The notes beneath the pieces were generated by a model. The model saw only the letters and a program-made list of their open reading frames with translations, had not been told where the DNA came from and did no database searches. Positions 17,864-26,825 of a DNA stretch of 64,000 nucleotides are shown here, in pieces. Numbering within the stretch: the first letter of the stretch is position 1; the number at the start of each line of letters is the position of its first letter. This DNA is from an uncultured Candidatus Poseidoniales archaeon (GTDB lineage Archaea > Thermoplasmatota > Poseidoniia > Poseidoniales > Poseidoniaceae), in the NCBI GenBank assembly GCA_902563095.1, contig CACEWA010000005.1:9911-73910 (forward strand), in the 5' to 3' direction. The translations under genes and the position numbers were made by a program.

Positions 17864-18710
17864 GGCGGCTGGATTAATTCTAATTGGAATGGGTCTCGGC
17901 GGAATTGCTGGAATGACGCGCGCTGCTATTGATGCTGCTAAAAGTGCTGACCATCGCAGGTATGAAGCGTATACTGCTTTGTGGGATTCACAAAGCCTAG
18001 AGGTGCTTGAAAGTGAAATCGGCCATATTCAGAAAGTTATGCGCCCGGAAGTGGAAGACCCTGTTGAATTACTCGAACTTGCAAAAAATTCCACAGTCGC
18101 TTTACTGATCGTGGGAGACCCTTTGCAAGCAACAACACATGTTGACTTGCAATTACAAGCGATTGAAGCCGGAGTTGCCTGCTCTGTAATTCATGGTATT
18201 TCGATTACTAGTCTAGTAACTGGGGCTGTTGGGCTATCCAATTACCGATTTGGAAGGCAAACTACGCTAACTTATCCTTACGGCGGATGGGTTGCTACTT
18301 CCCCTTTGGAAGTAATTGCAATGAATAGATACCAGGGGTTACACACTCTTGTGTTGTTGGATTTAGACCCAACTGGAGAAGGGGTGGGCGGTCAAGTTCC
18401 AATGCAACCACAAGATGCTGTTAATGCAATGATGGCGATGTCTGAGAAGTTGTCAGAAACAATCCAAGAGATACAGCAAGAGACGCCATTAGAGCAAATA
18501 CGAGTCGATGCGTGTAAACAAATTTGTCTAGATACGGCCAATTTGATGGTTGTTTTATGTAGTGACATGGGCACAAAAGAACAAGCCATTACCTACGCAA
18601 AATTGAGTGAATTATCAAATGTGAAAAGTGGTAGATTGCATAGTTTAGTTATCCCTGCAAACCTCAGTGATGTTGAGAATTCTGCTCTGCATCGCTGGGC
18701 GAAGGAGTGA
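17856..18710 (+). CDS. dphB: diphthine synthase
   Basis: LLIVGDPLQATTHVDLQLQA..HGISITSLVTGAVGLSNYRFG aligns closely to the archaeal/eukaryotic DphB/Dph5 core (GDP..ATTH ... HG.S ... NYRFG). Confidence 0.8.
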   Translation: MSMAAGLILIGMGLGGIAGMTRAAIDAAKSADHRRYEAYTALWDSQSLEVLESEIGHIQKVMRPEVEDPVELLELAKNSTVALLIVGDPLQATTHVDLQLQAIEAGVACSVIHGISITSLVTGAVGLSNYRFGRQTTLTYPYGGWVATSPLEVIAMNRYQGLHTLVLLDLDPTGEGVGGQVPMQPQDAVNAMMAMSEKLSETIQEIQQETPLEQIRVDACKQICLDTANLMVVLCSDMGTKEQAITYAKLSELSNVKSGRLHSLVIPANLSDVENSALHRWAKE

Positions 18711-18737
18711 ACAGGGAGCGGCATCTCCGCGTGTTCA

Positions 18738-20414
18738 ATGGCGAGACCAGCGCAAGTTGAATTTCCAGGCCAAAAACGTCAGCGCATGCGTATGCGTGGC
18801 ACGAAGCAGGCCAATTTGGATACTCAAAAGCGTCTTCGAAAAAACCTCGATACTTTGCTAGAAGAAGGCGAAACTCTTCTCCCTGCAATGACTTGGACTG
18901 GGAAGTTGAAATGGGGCAGAACGGACCCTGTAACTAAAACTCTACGTGATTTAAGAAAAATTCTTGATAGACGCCATGATAAGAAATGGTTGGCAAAACG
19001 AATGATGGCTAAGCGTGGCGATGATGTTGGTAAAGCGATGGCTGGATCGCTTTTGGCAGCCCATGAGGAAGATATTTCTCTAGTTGGAAATTATAGTCAT
19101 CAATCATTTGGAAAGGCTTCATTTGTTCGAAAAGGAGATGGTAAAGTCGCATACCAAGCTGGAATTCAAAACCACCATATGCAGACCTTGCGAATGCTGC
19201 CCTGGGAAGACCATGCGCGAAAAGGATACTTCTTTTTCTCATGGAAAGGAGGATTTGTGTGCACTGGTCCTAGGCCGGAAATTCCCACAGGTTGGTTAGA
19301 TGATGTTCTGAAGAGGTCGAGATTCGATTTCACTAATGAAGGGAATATCTGGGCTACTGAAGGTTTGGAGGTAAAGAACGTCGCAGAAGATGAAATGTCG
19401 GGCGACGGGTATCTAGTAATGAATTTCATCGACGGAAGTAAGGTCGCAATCGGGTTCGATAAATTGGAAGTTGTAAAGGGCAAAACTTCGTTCATTCACG
19501 ATTTGGCACTTTCCATGCTCCCCCCTAATCTTTCGACTGTAATGACTCCTGATGCAGTATGGTTTCCAGAAGGCGCTTCTCGTGATGGAGCAAGAGATGC
19601 CTTAGATCGAGTTCTAGACGGCTGGATGGGTTTGACTCTGAATGAAGGTTCGATTTCCAAGAGAGTAAAATTAGCAGTTCTACATCACCTAAATGATGGA
19701 TTTATTGTTGGAGAAAGGTGGTTTGAATCTGCAGATGAGGCGGTAAAAGAATTGAATGGTTCTACTTCTGAAAAGGAATTAGCACTGATGTTAATGAAAG
19801 AAGCCTCAGGCTCCGGAATTAGAATTTCCAAAGGAGGAGAGGTTAACGAAAGAGGCGGTGATGCTCTAGAAATTGCTGCAACTTCCTGTAATGATGTTCT
19901 TTCTGGCTTGTGGGAAGACCATGGTCTTGCGGGACTAATTGGTATCGGAATCGATGAAGACGAGGCAGAAGATCTGTGGGCTGCTCAATGTAACAAAAAG
20001 CGAGCTTTTGGCAAATTCCTGAAAGATATCGAATCGCAAAGAGCCAAAGCGGACATTACCCAAAAATTCCCTTACCGTAAAGGAAAGATTCCAGGGCCGG
20101 TTGGTATGATTCACGACCTAACTCTAACTGGGTTGGTTGAAGGGATGGGCAAAGCTGAGAAAATGGCTTTGTCGAAAAAATCTGATATCGAAGAAGAGGC
20201 TGCTTCTTGGGCTTGGCTAATGGCTGCTGGGAAATCTGGCGGCCAGGAATGGCAGTTCTCATCTAATTCCCGAGACAAGGGAAGTGCATGGAGTCCCGCT
20301 GCTATTGACGTTTGGTCTGCTGGGAAAGCATTGGTCGATGGAGAAGAAGTGGACTACAAGGCCTGTTTAGAAGTTCTTAGGAAGTCTTGTGGGCAAATCG
20401 AAGAGTTGCCTTAA
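18738..20414 (+). CDS. hypothetical protein (558 aa), basic N-terminus, no recognisable domain
   Basis: Long ORF with coding-like composition. The N-terminal 120 aa are K/R-rich. I find no catalytic or fold motif. Confidence 0.5.
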   Translation: MARPAQVEFPGQKRQRMRMRGTKQANLDTQKRLRKNLDTLLEEGETLLPAMTWTGKLKWGRTDPVTKTLRDLRKILDRRHDKKWLAKRMMAKRGDDVGKAMAGSLLAAHEEDISLVGNYSHQSFGKASFVRKGDGKVAYQAGIQNHHMQTLRMLPWEDHARKGYFFFSWKGGFVCTGPRPEIPTGWLDDVLKRSRFDFTNEGNIWATEGLEVKNVAEDEMSGDGYLVMNFIDGSKVAIGFDKLEVVKGKTSFIHDLALSMLPPNLSTVMTPDAVWFPEGASRDGARDALDRVLDGWMGLTLNEGSISKRVKLAVLHHLNDGFIVGERWFESADEAVKELNGSTSEKELALMLMKEASGSGIRISKGGEVNERGGDALEIAATSCNDVLSGLWEDHGLAGLIGIGIDEDEAEDLWAAQCNKKRAFGKFLKDIESQRAKADITQKFPYRKGKIPGPVGMIHDLTLTGLVEGMGKAEKMALSKKSDIEEEAASWAWLMAAGKSGGQEWQFSSNSRDKGSAWSPAAIDVWSAGKALVDGEEVDYKACLEVLRKSCGQIEELP

Positions 20415-21596
20415 TCACAACTTGTCTAGAGAATTAGAAATATCATCCCATAGGTCTTCGACGTCTTCGATTCCGATTGACATTCTAACGAATCCTCTTC
20501 CTAGACCTGCTGCAATTCTCACGTCTTCGGGGATGAACATGTGAGATGAATTGAACGGGCATTCGACCAGGCTTTCAACGCCTCCAAGGCTAGTTGCTTC
20601 GAAAATTATATCCAGTCCTCGCATGAATTTGAGAGCCGCGTCATCGCCTCCTTTCACGGTGAATGCAATCATGCCTGTACCTTTGGGAATGATTCTTTTT
20701 GCCAAATCATAATCTCTGTGAGATGATAAAGATGGGTGATGAACTACTTCTATCAAATCATGTGCCTCTAGGCGCTTTGCTATCTCTGCAGCATTTGAGC
20801 AGTGAATAGGCATACGGGCCGCTAGAGTTCTAATTCCTCGTTCCAACAAATAGCAATTGTGTGGATCTGGCGACCCTCCAAAGTGAGCTTTCTTGATGAA
20901 CATAGCAGCGATCAAGTCCGCTCTGCCAACAACTGCTCCTCCAACAATATCAGAATGGCCGCCCAAGTATTTGGTCGTAGAATGTATGATTAGATCTGCA
21001 CCCATTGAAATCGGTTGACAGCCCCAAGGTGAGGCGAATGTATTGTCGATAACTAGTAACAGATTGTGCTTTTTTGCTATTGCAGACATCGCTTCGATAT
21101 CGCAGATTTTGATTACTGGGTTGGTGATGGTTTCAATGTACAGCATCTTGGTGTTATCTTGGATTGCCGCTTCATATGAGGAAGGGTCTTGCATGTCGGC
21201 CATTGTGGTTGATATTCCAAAACGGGGTAATTCCTCAGTCATCAATCCATATGTTCCTCCATAAACATCTGAGCTTGCTACAATATGGTCTCCCTGGGAA
21301 AGTAAACCCATGAGGGTTGTAGAAATTGCTGCCATTCCACTTGCAAACAATTCTCCATCTTCCGCTCCTTCCAAAGCACAGATTTTCTCAACTACTGCTT
21401 CTGAATTAACGCTGGATAATCGCGCATAGAGTAGCGTATGTTGCGCTCCTGCAGCCCATCCGGCATATCGTTCATCGGTTAATTGGTAAGTCGATGATTG
21501 AAAAATTGGCGTATTTACTGCGCCTTCGATGTGCTGCGTGCCTGCATGAACTGCGTTAGTGGAAAATTTCCTTTTGTCGGCCATGTGCATCTCCAA
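20415..21596 (-). CDS. PLP-dependent Cys/Met-metabolism enzyme (cystathionine gamma-synthase / methionine gamma-lyase / O-acetylhomoserine sulfhydrylase family)
   Basis: Family signatures FSTNAVHAG, the PLP-lysine region HSTTKYLGGHSD, and the C-terminal GGVESL. Size is 393 aa. Confidence 0.8.
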   Translation of the reverse strand: MEMHMADKRKFSTNAVHAGTQHIEGAVNTPIFQSSTYQLTDERYAGWAAGAQHTLLYARLSSVNSEAVVEKICALEGAEDGELFASGMAAISTTLMGLLSQGDHIVASSDVYGGTYGLMTEELPRFGISTTMADMQDPSSYEAAIQDNTKMLYIETITNPVIKICDIEAMSAIAKKHNLLLVIDNTFASPWGCQPISMGADLIIHSTTKYLGGHSDIVGGAVVGRADLIAAMFIKKAHFGGSPDPHNCYLLERGIRTLAARMPIHCSNAAEIAKRLEAHDLIEVVHHPSLSSHRDYDLAKRIIPKGTGMIAFTVKGGDDAALKFMRGLDIIFEATSLGGVESLVECPFNSSHMFIPEDVRIAAGLGRGFVRMSIGIEDVEDLWDDISNSLDKL

Positions 21597-21682
21597 ACTA
21601 TTGTTTGGGTCTAATGCACATCAACAATTCGCAATAATTGTCGGCCGAATGTCGGAAAATACCTTCATTTCCACTGTAAATT

Positions 21683-21697
21683 CCGTCAAAATGACGG
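21683..21697. promoter_or_regulatory. perfect 15-bp palindrome CCGTCAAAATGACGG in the divergent promoter region; candidate Lrp operator
   Basis: Seen directly. It lies 17 bp upstream of the lrp ORF start and within the 117-bp intergenic region shared with the divergent MetB-like gene. Confidence 0.35.
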
Positions 21698-21713
21698 AAT
21701 CATTGAAAATGTA

Positions 21714-22187
21714 GTGCCTATTCGTTTGTTCATGAAACTAGATTCTAACGATTTGAAATTGATTGAATTACTAAAACAGGATGCGCGTGCTTCTGTTACT
21801 TCGTTAGCAGATTCGATGGGCGTGGCAAGAGTAACCACTCACGACAGGATGGTTCGTCTAAAGCGCGAAGGAATAATTCGTAGATACACAGTAGATATTG
21901 ATGCTAAAGCTTGGGGGTATGAATTGCGTGCATTTATTTTTGCACGTTGTGAAAGAGGTGATGTAGATAGGCGTGATGTTGCGCAGAAAATTTGCAAGTT
22001 TCCCTATGTTGTTAGATGCAATGTGGTTGCGGGGGATTGGGACTTGCTAATCGAAGTAGTAAGTCCGTCTATGGACTCCTTGGGTGATGCAATTCTCGAT
22101 GGGTTGTCGAAGGTTGGAGGGATTGCAAGTACGCAAACGATGGTGTCGTTCTACGATTATTCTGGTCCAGCATCATCGCTAAGATGA
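21714..22187 (+). CDS. lrp: Lrp/AsnC family transcriptional regulator
   Basis: HTH region (DLKLIELLKQDARASVTSLADSMGVARVTTHDRMVRLKREGII) followed by the RAM/AsnC-C ligand domain. Divergent from the Met-metabolism gene. The start may be the Met at 21735. Confidence 0.8.
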   Translation: MPIRLFMKLDSNDLKLIELLKQDARASVTSLADSMGVARVTTHDRMVRLKREGIIRRYTVDIDAKAWGYELRAFIFARCERGDVDRRDVAQKICKFPYVVRCNVVAGDWDLLIEVVSPSMDSLGDAILDGLSKVGGIASTQTMVSFYDYSGPASSLR

Positions 22188-23095
22188 TCGTCGCTACCAG
22201 ATTCATCCATTTCCACAATGATATTGCCTAAGAGTAGAAGCAACCCCATTGCTAACCAAATAGAGATATCAACTAGCCCTTGTTGCCAACCATACAATGT
22301 TGCCCAAACAGGTTCGAAAGAATATATGATTGCAGCGTGGGTTGGGTTGAGATATTTCTGGAATGCATTTAGCATTAGAATACAAGCTAGTGAGCCAAAT
22401 AATCCCAAACACAACAGTGGCACAATAACGCCATCTTGCCAGGCAGATTCGAATACCATTACATCTCTCGATGAGACTAGTGCAATGATGCCTGCCCCTA
22501 TTACCAAAACCAAAAACGAAGTTGATGTAACTGCTATTGGGTTGAGTTGTTTAGTAATACGGTCTGTGTAAATGATGTGTAGTGCAAAGAAGAGTGCGCA
22601 TGCCACAGTTAGAAGTTCTCCAGTTCCCCATACAATGTGTGGTGGCCCATCGATAAAACCTGCTCCAAGTGTTGCAAGTGCAACTCCCAAGACCATCATC
22701 CTAGTTGGTTTTCTATCGCTGATTTTTACTGATAAAATTGCAGTAAACACAACATAGAGCGATGTCAAAAATGCTGAAACTGAAGGGCTTACAGAATCTA
22801 TTCCAATCATTTGTAACACGAATCCAGCAAGCATTAGTCCGCCGAGAATCAATCCCCCGATCCAATCCTCTTTGGAGGTTAAGGCCGACCTTGCAGTACT
22901 TGAGAATGGAAGTAATGCCACGAACGCTATGAAAAAGCGCGCACAAACGATTACTCCTACGACTCCTGCTGTAGAGTATTGTGTAATCTCGCCGTCCAGT
23001 GAATTCATCGCTTGTTTCATCCATACGAAGGTTCCCCCCCATAGCAGAGTAACAAAAAACAGGCCAAGCGCGGCTTGTTGTCGCTTTGTGGCCAT
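22157..23095 (-). CDS. DMT superfamily (EamA-like) transporter
   Basis: About 10 predicted TM helices in two repeated halves. WGGTF near the N-terminus is typical of EamA domains. Confidence 0.65.
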   Translation of the reverse strand: MATKRQQAALGLFFVTLLWGGTFVWMKQAMNSLDGEITQYSTAGVVGVIVCARFFIAFVALLPFSSTARSALTSKEDWIGGLILGGLMLAGFVLQMIGIDSVSPSVSAFLTSLYVVFTAILSVKISDRKPTRMMVLGVALATLGAGFIDGPPHIVWGTGELLTVACALFFALHIIYTDRITKQLNPIAVTSTSFLVLVIGAGIIALVSSRDVMVFESAWQDGVIVPLLCLGLFGSLACILMLNAFQKYLNPTHAAIIYSFEPVWATLYGWQQGLVDISIWLAMGLLLLLGNIIVEMDESGSDDHLSDDAGPE

Positions 23096-23207
23096 ATTTG
23101 GTGGCCGTGTTAGTTGCTTTTGATGATGGCGGTACAGTTAGTATTTCACGGTGGATTCTTGCTGATTTAGCACTACCCTCTTGTGCTTGGTGTGTTGTGT
23201 AGTTGAT

Positions 23208-24530
23208 ATGGCGAGCGAAAGGTTCTGGGACGAACCTATTGAAACCGGGGCGGTTCCTGATACTGGTACTGATTTCGATTGCATCGTTGTTGGCGGGGGG
23301 CCTGGTGGAGCTGCGGCTGCATCTTACCTCGCTATGGAAGGAAAAAATGTGTTGCTTATCGAAAAGGGGGTTTGGCCGCGCGACAAAATTTGTGGCGATG
23401 CGGTCGGTGGAAAATCGCTAGGCCATGTTAATGCTCTTGGGGTCAAGGCCACGTTAGAGTCGACGCCTCACTTCAGAGTCACCGGTATTGTTTTTTCATC
23501 TCCTAATGGAAGTGATGTTACTGTACCTTTACCTGAGGAAGATGTTGAAAAGATGGAGGCTGGCTATTCTCTTCCTAGACAACAATTCGATTGGTTACTA
23601 TTCAAAAGAGCCACTGAGTTGGTTTTAGAAAACGGTGGGTCTGTAATTCAAGGCACCATGGTTACCGAGGTATTTGATGATGACGGTAAGATAACTGGTG
23701 TTGAAGTTGGGATCGGTGGCAAAAGAGGTGAGAAGAGAGAATACTCCGCGCCTTGGACTATCGGCGCTGGCGGATATCAATGCCCTGTTGCTAGAAAGAT
23801 TGTCAAAGAGATGGCAAAGGAAGAGTTGGTCGACAGGATGCATTATTGTGGAGGATACCGCGAATATTGGTCTGGTGTCAAAGGCTGTGAAGGAGATGCT
23901 GGTAACATCGAAATCCACTTTGTTGATACGGTTATTCCTGGATATTTCTGGCTATTCCCTCTCGGAGGGGGGAAAGTAAATGTTGGAATCGGCATGGTAA
24001 TGGGGCTTCTAGATAAACAAAAGAAGAAACTCAAAACTATGCAAGCAGATGTTATTGCTAATCATCCATCATTCAAGGATAGGTTCGCTGAGGCTGAGCT
24101 GATTAAAGGCACTGGGAAGGGGTGGCAACTACCGTTTGGTAGCCCGAGAAAGGGTGAAAAAAATCAGCCCCGCCGTGCTTATGCACCTGGTGCCTTGCTA
24201 ATAGGAGATGCTGCGAGTTTGGTTGACCCGTTTTCTGGAGAAGGAGTTGGCAACGCATTGGTTAGTGGAGAGATGGCTGCAAGACACGTGATAGAAAATA
24301 AGGGTGGGCCCGAGTATCAAGAAGAGTTGTGGGCTGCATTAGGTCCTGAGTTAACAAACTCCTTCAAAATGCAAAAAATGAGCCGCCGAAAATGGTTGCT
24401 AAATTGGTTCGTAGGTAAAGCGAGCAGAAAGCCTGTTATTCAGGAGATGATGACGGAGATGATTGCGAGTAAAGAAGCGCAAGAAAACCTACACTCAAAG
24501 TGGTTCTTGGTGAAAACTCTACTATTCTGA
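23208..24530 (+). CDS. geranylgeranyl reductase family flavoprotein (digeranylgeranylglycerophospholipid reductase-like)
   Basis: FDCIVVGGGPGGAAAASYLA Rossmann motif, plus KICGDAVGG (the conserved GGR Cys motif). Size is about 440 aa. The track start at 23181 is a TTG; the ATG is at 23208. Confidence 0.75.
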   Translation: MASERFWDEPIETGAVPDTGTDFDCIVVGGGPGGAAAASYLAMEGKNVLLIEKGVWPRDKICGDAVGGKSLGHVNALGVKATLESTPHFRVTGIVFSSPNGSDVTVPLPEEDVEKMEAGYSLPRQQFDWLLFKRATELVLENGGSVIQGTMVTEVFDDDGKITGVEVGIGGKRGEKREYSAPWTIGAGGYQCPVARKIVKEMAKEELVDRMHYCGGYREYWSGVKGCEGDAGNIEIHFVDTVIPGYFWLFPLGGGKVNVGIGMVMGLLDKQKKKLKTMQADVIANHPSFKDRFAEAELIKGTGKGWQLPFGSPRKGEKNQPRRAYAPGALLIGDAASLVDPFSGEGVGNALVSGEMAARHVIENKGGPEYQEELWAALGPELTNSFKMQKMSRRKWLLNWFVGKASRKPVIQEMMTEMIASKEAQENLHSKWFLVKTLLF

Positions 24531-24539
24531 TGTGATATA

Positions 24540-25316
24540 ATGGATACGAAATTAGACGGTGTCAAAGCGGTGTTTTTAGATCTTGATGGCACAATTTATC
24601 TCGGAGGAAACCTAATTCCTGGCGCTCTAGAATTCCTTTCGCGTTGTAAAGAACAGGGTGTGCAACGTTATTTCTTGTCAAATAATTCATCTAGGTCTGT
24701 CGAACAATATGTTGCTAAACTACACAAAATGAACATTCCTTGTGAGGCAGATGATGTCTTGCTTTCTACTCATGACCTGCTTTCTTGGTTACAAAAAGAA
24801 GGTGTTAGCAAAACATGGGCTATTGCGACCGAAGGTATGTGTAAAATGATGGAAGATGTTGGAATCTCTACGAGAGATAAAGATCCAGAGTATGTGGTCC
24901 TGGGTTATGATACTGAAATTGATTATGAGAAAATCTCTACTGCTTCCATACACATGCACAAAGGCGTACCTTTGGTTGCAAGTCATCCCGACATGGTTTG
25001 TCCTTCACCAGACGGAGGTCTGCCCGATGTTGGTGCTTATCTTGCAATGCTAAAAGTAACAACTGGGAAAGACCCTGTTCACATTACTGGAAAGCCAAAC
25101 CCGGGAATGATAATGCACAAAATAGAGGAGTTGGGCCTTGCCCCTTCGGAATGTGCAATGGTAGGAGACCGGTTGTATACGGATATGGAGATGGCAATAC
25201 AGGCTGGGTGTGTTTCTGTACTTGTTCTATCTGGAGAAGCTACAATGAAAGATTTACAAGAGTCTGAAAAAGCAGTTAGTGTAGTGGTCGATTCTGTTGA
25301 TGCACTACTGAGGTGA
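24540..25316 (+). CDS. HAD superfamily hydrolase, subfamily IIA (NagD/PGPase-like phosphatase)
   Basis: Motif I VFLDLDGTIY. Motif II S. Motifs III/IV K...GDRLYTD. The 258-aa length is typical of HAD-IIA. Confidence 0.75.
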   Translation: MDTKLDGVKAVFLDLDGTIYLGGNLIPGALEFLSRCKEQGVQRYFLSNNSSRSVEQYVAKLHKMNIPCEADDVLLSTHDLLSWLQKEGVSKTWAIATEGMCKMMEDVGISTRDKDPEYVVLGYDTEIDYEKISTASIHMHKGVPLVASHPDMVCPSPDGGLPDVGAYLAMLKVTTGKDPVHITGKPNPGMIMHKIEELGLAPSECAMVGDRLYTDMEMAIQAGCVSVLVLSGEATMKDLQESEKAVSVVVDSVDALLR

Positions 25317-25320
25317 GAAA

Positions 25321-26142
25321 TTGGGCAGGCTTGCAGAGTTTTTCGCAAGAAGGGTAAAGTTCGAACCTGAGGGACATGTGGTTTCCGGCAGGCTTGCTGA
25401 GTTTAGATTAATGAAATTGACAAGGGCCGTGGCTGGCAAGGCTTTGGTTCTAGAAGGAATTAGAATACCAGACCCAGAGGAAGGTGGCCGAAGAGAGATC
25501 GATATGGTCATAGCAACAAAGAATGAGATCCTATTCGTTGAACAGAAGCACTGGTCGGGCTCTTTTACCATAACTAGTGAAGGTAGATTTTTCCAACGTA
25601 GAAAGAACGGTGGAACCCTGATGCACAAGGATATTGTTGCATGGACATGCAGAAAGGGTGACATATTATGCGATTTGCATGAATCTCGCACAGACAATTC
25701 CCCTCCACCAAGCAGAGTGGTTTTGGTGTTCTCCAACAAGAATCTGGAATGGGATCCTTTACCAGAAGAAGTTCCTGCTGAAGCTTATGATGAAATGGGC
25801 TTCATCAACATGGTTGAAAAAATGGATAAGAGTGTTCCCGAGGATTCACTAAAGGAGACGTTGCTAGGTTTTGGGACATGGGATACCATTCACCTGAATG
25901 GAGGAAAAACCCTACATGGCGATATTCTCGAATATCCTTTTGAAAGAGTTGATTGTTCTATCGGGCACACAGGTATTTTTGGATTAATTACTGGTCCCAA
26001 GAGTAATTTGTCAACAGGCCAGGTTGTAGTTGATCAATCTGGACCGTTGGTAGCGGTTGTCGGAGAAGATGGTTCTAGAATAATTCCCTTCGCGCATATA
26101 TCAAAAATAGAATTTAGCAACCCTCGGGCTGAGTGGGGTTGA
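25321..26142 (+). CDS. NERD (nuclease-related) domain protein with uncharacterised C-terminal domain
   Basis: Residues about 20-95 (GRLAEFRL...REIDMVIATKNEILFVEQKHWSGSF) match the NERD pattern GE..v...L ... EIDhvv....gifvIE.KnwsG. Confidence 0.5.
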   Translation: MGRLAEFFARRVKFEPEGHVVSGRLAEFRLMKLTRAVAGKALVLEGIRIPDPEEGGRREIDMVIATKNEILFVEQKHWSGSFTITSEGRFFQRRKNGGTLMHKDIVAWTCRKGDILCDLHESRTDNSPPPSRVVLVFSNKNLEWDPLPEEVPAEAYDEMGFINMVEKMDKSVPEDSLKETLLGFGTWDTIHLNGGKTLHGDILEYPFERVDCSIGHTGIFGLITGPKSNLSTGQVVVDQSGPLVAVVGEDGSRIIPFAHISKIEFSNPRAEWG

Positions 26143-26199
26143 GGGTTTTCGTTGTACTGCGGCGTTGTTGCCCTAAGTTAACTTCTATGCATATCGGGT

Positions 26200-26451
26200 T
26201 CAACATAATGCATTTCGCAATTCCATTGCGTCGATTCGGTTGTCCCCATTGGTATCGAATGCTGTGATAATCATAGAAACCTGGCCCGGAGTTAGCGCTT
26301 CTCCTGCTATTTTCTTTATGCCGTTGTATAGTTCTGGACCATTTATGGTTCCATCTCCATCTGTATCGATCTCTTTGAATAGGTCTTCTACTGACTTTCC
26401 TGCGTCGCTCATTGCGTCTTTCAGTTTCTCTAGCGCTTCATTGCTTGCCAT
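26200..26451 (-). CDS. EF-hand calcium-binding protein (two EF-hand loops)
   Basis: Two canonical 12-residue loops: DTDGDGTINGPE and DTNGDNRIDAME. Size is 83 aa. Confidence 0.6.
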   Translation of the reverse strand: MASNEALEKLKDAMSDAGKSVEDLFKEIDTDGDGTINGPELYNGIKKIAGEALTPGQVSMIITAFDTNGDNRIDAMELRNALC

Positions 26452-26531
26452 GACTGTTGCATCTCGGGCTAGGACAAAACGGTTTCCTACAATCTGAGGG
26501 TTTGGATTTGAAAGGTTTGAAACCGGATAGT

Positions 26532-26825
26532 ATGGCAGGCCGCTATATGGCAGAGTTGTGGATCGAGGCTATCGGGCTCTTTGCCGGCATACTGGGTATA
26601 ATTGCCTGGATTCCTCAAATTCGAGAGGTTTGGGTTAACAAACGCCACGATGGGATTTCTCTTGCTACCTTTAGTGTAGTAACAATAGCTCTAGGGCTAT
26701 GGTTGCTCTATGGCATCCTTATTGAATCGGTGTCAATGATAATTGCTAACATCATGACGCTCAGTGTCATTTTCGCTGTAATAATTGGCGTTGTGCGCCT
26801 GCGAAAGGCCGAAGCGAATCAATAA
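26532..26825 (+). CDS. PQ-loop / SemiSWEET family 3-TM transporter (putative)
   Basis: Three hydrophobic helices. The PQ motif sits in the first helix (AWIPQIREVWVNKRHDGISLATF), which matches the SemiSWEET consensus lPQ...k.k...giSl. The start is placed at the internal Met; the track ORF starts at 26457. Confidence 0.5.
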   Translation: MAGRYMAELWIEAIGLFAGILGIIAWIPQIREVWVNKRHDGISLATFSVVTIALGLWLLYGILIESVSMIIANIMTLSVIFAVIIGVVRLRKAEANQ

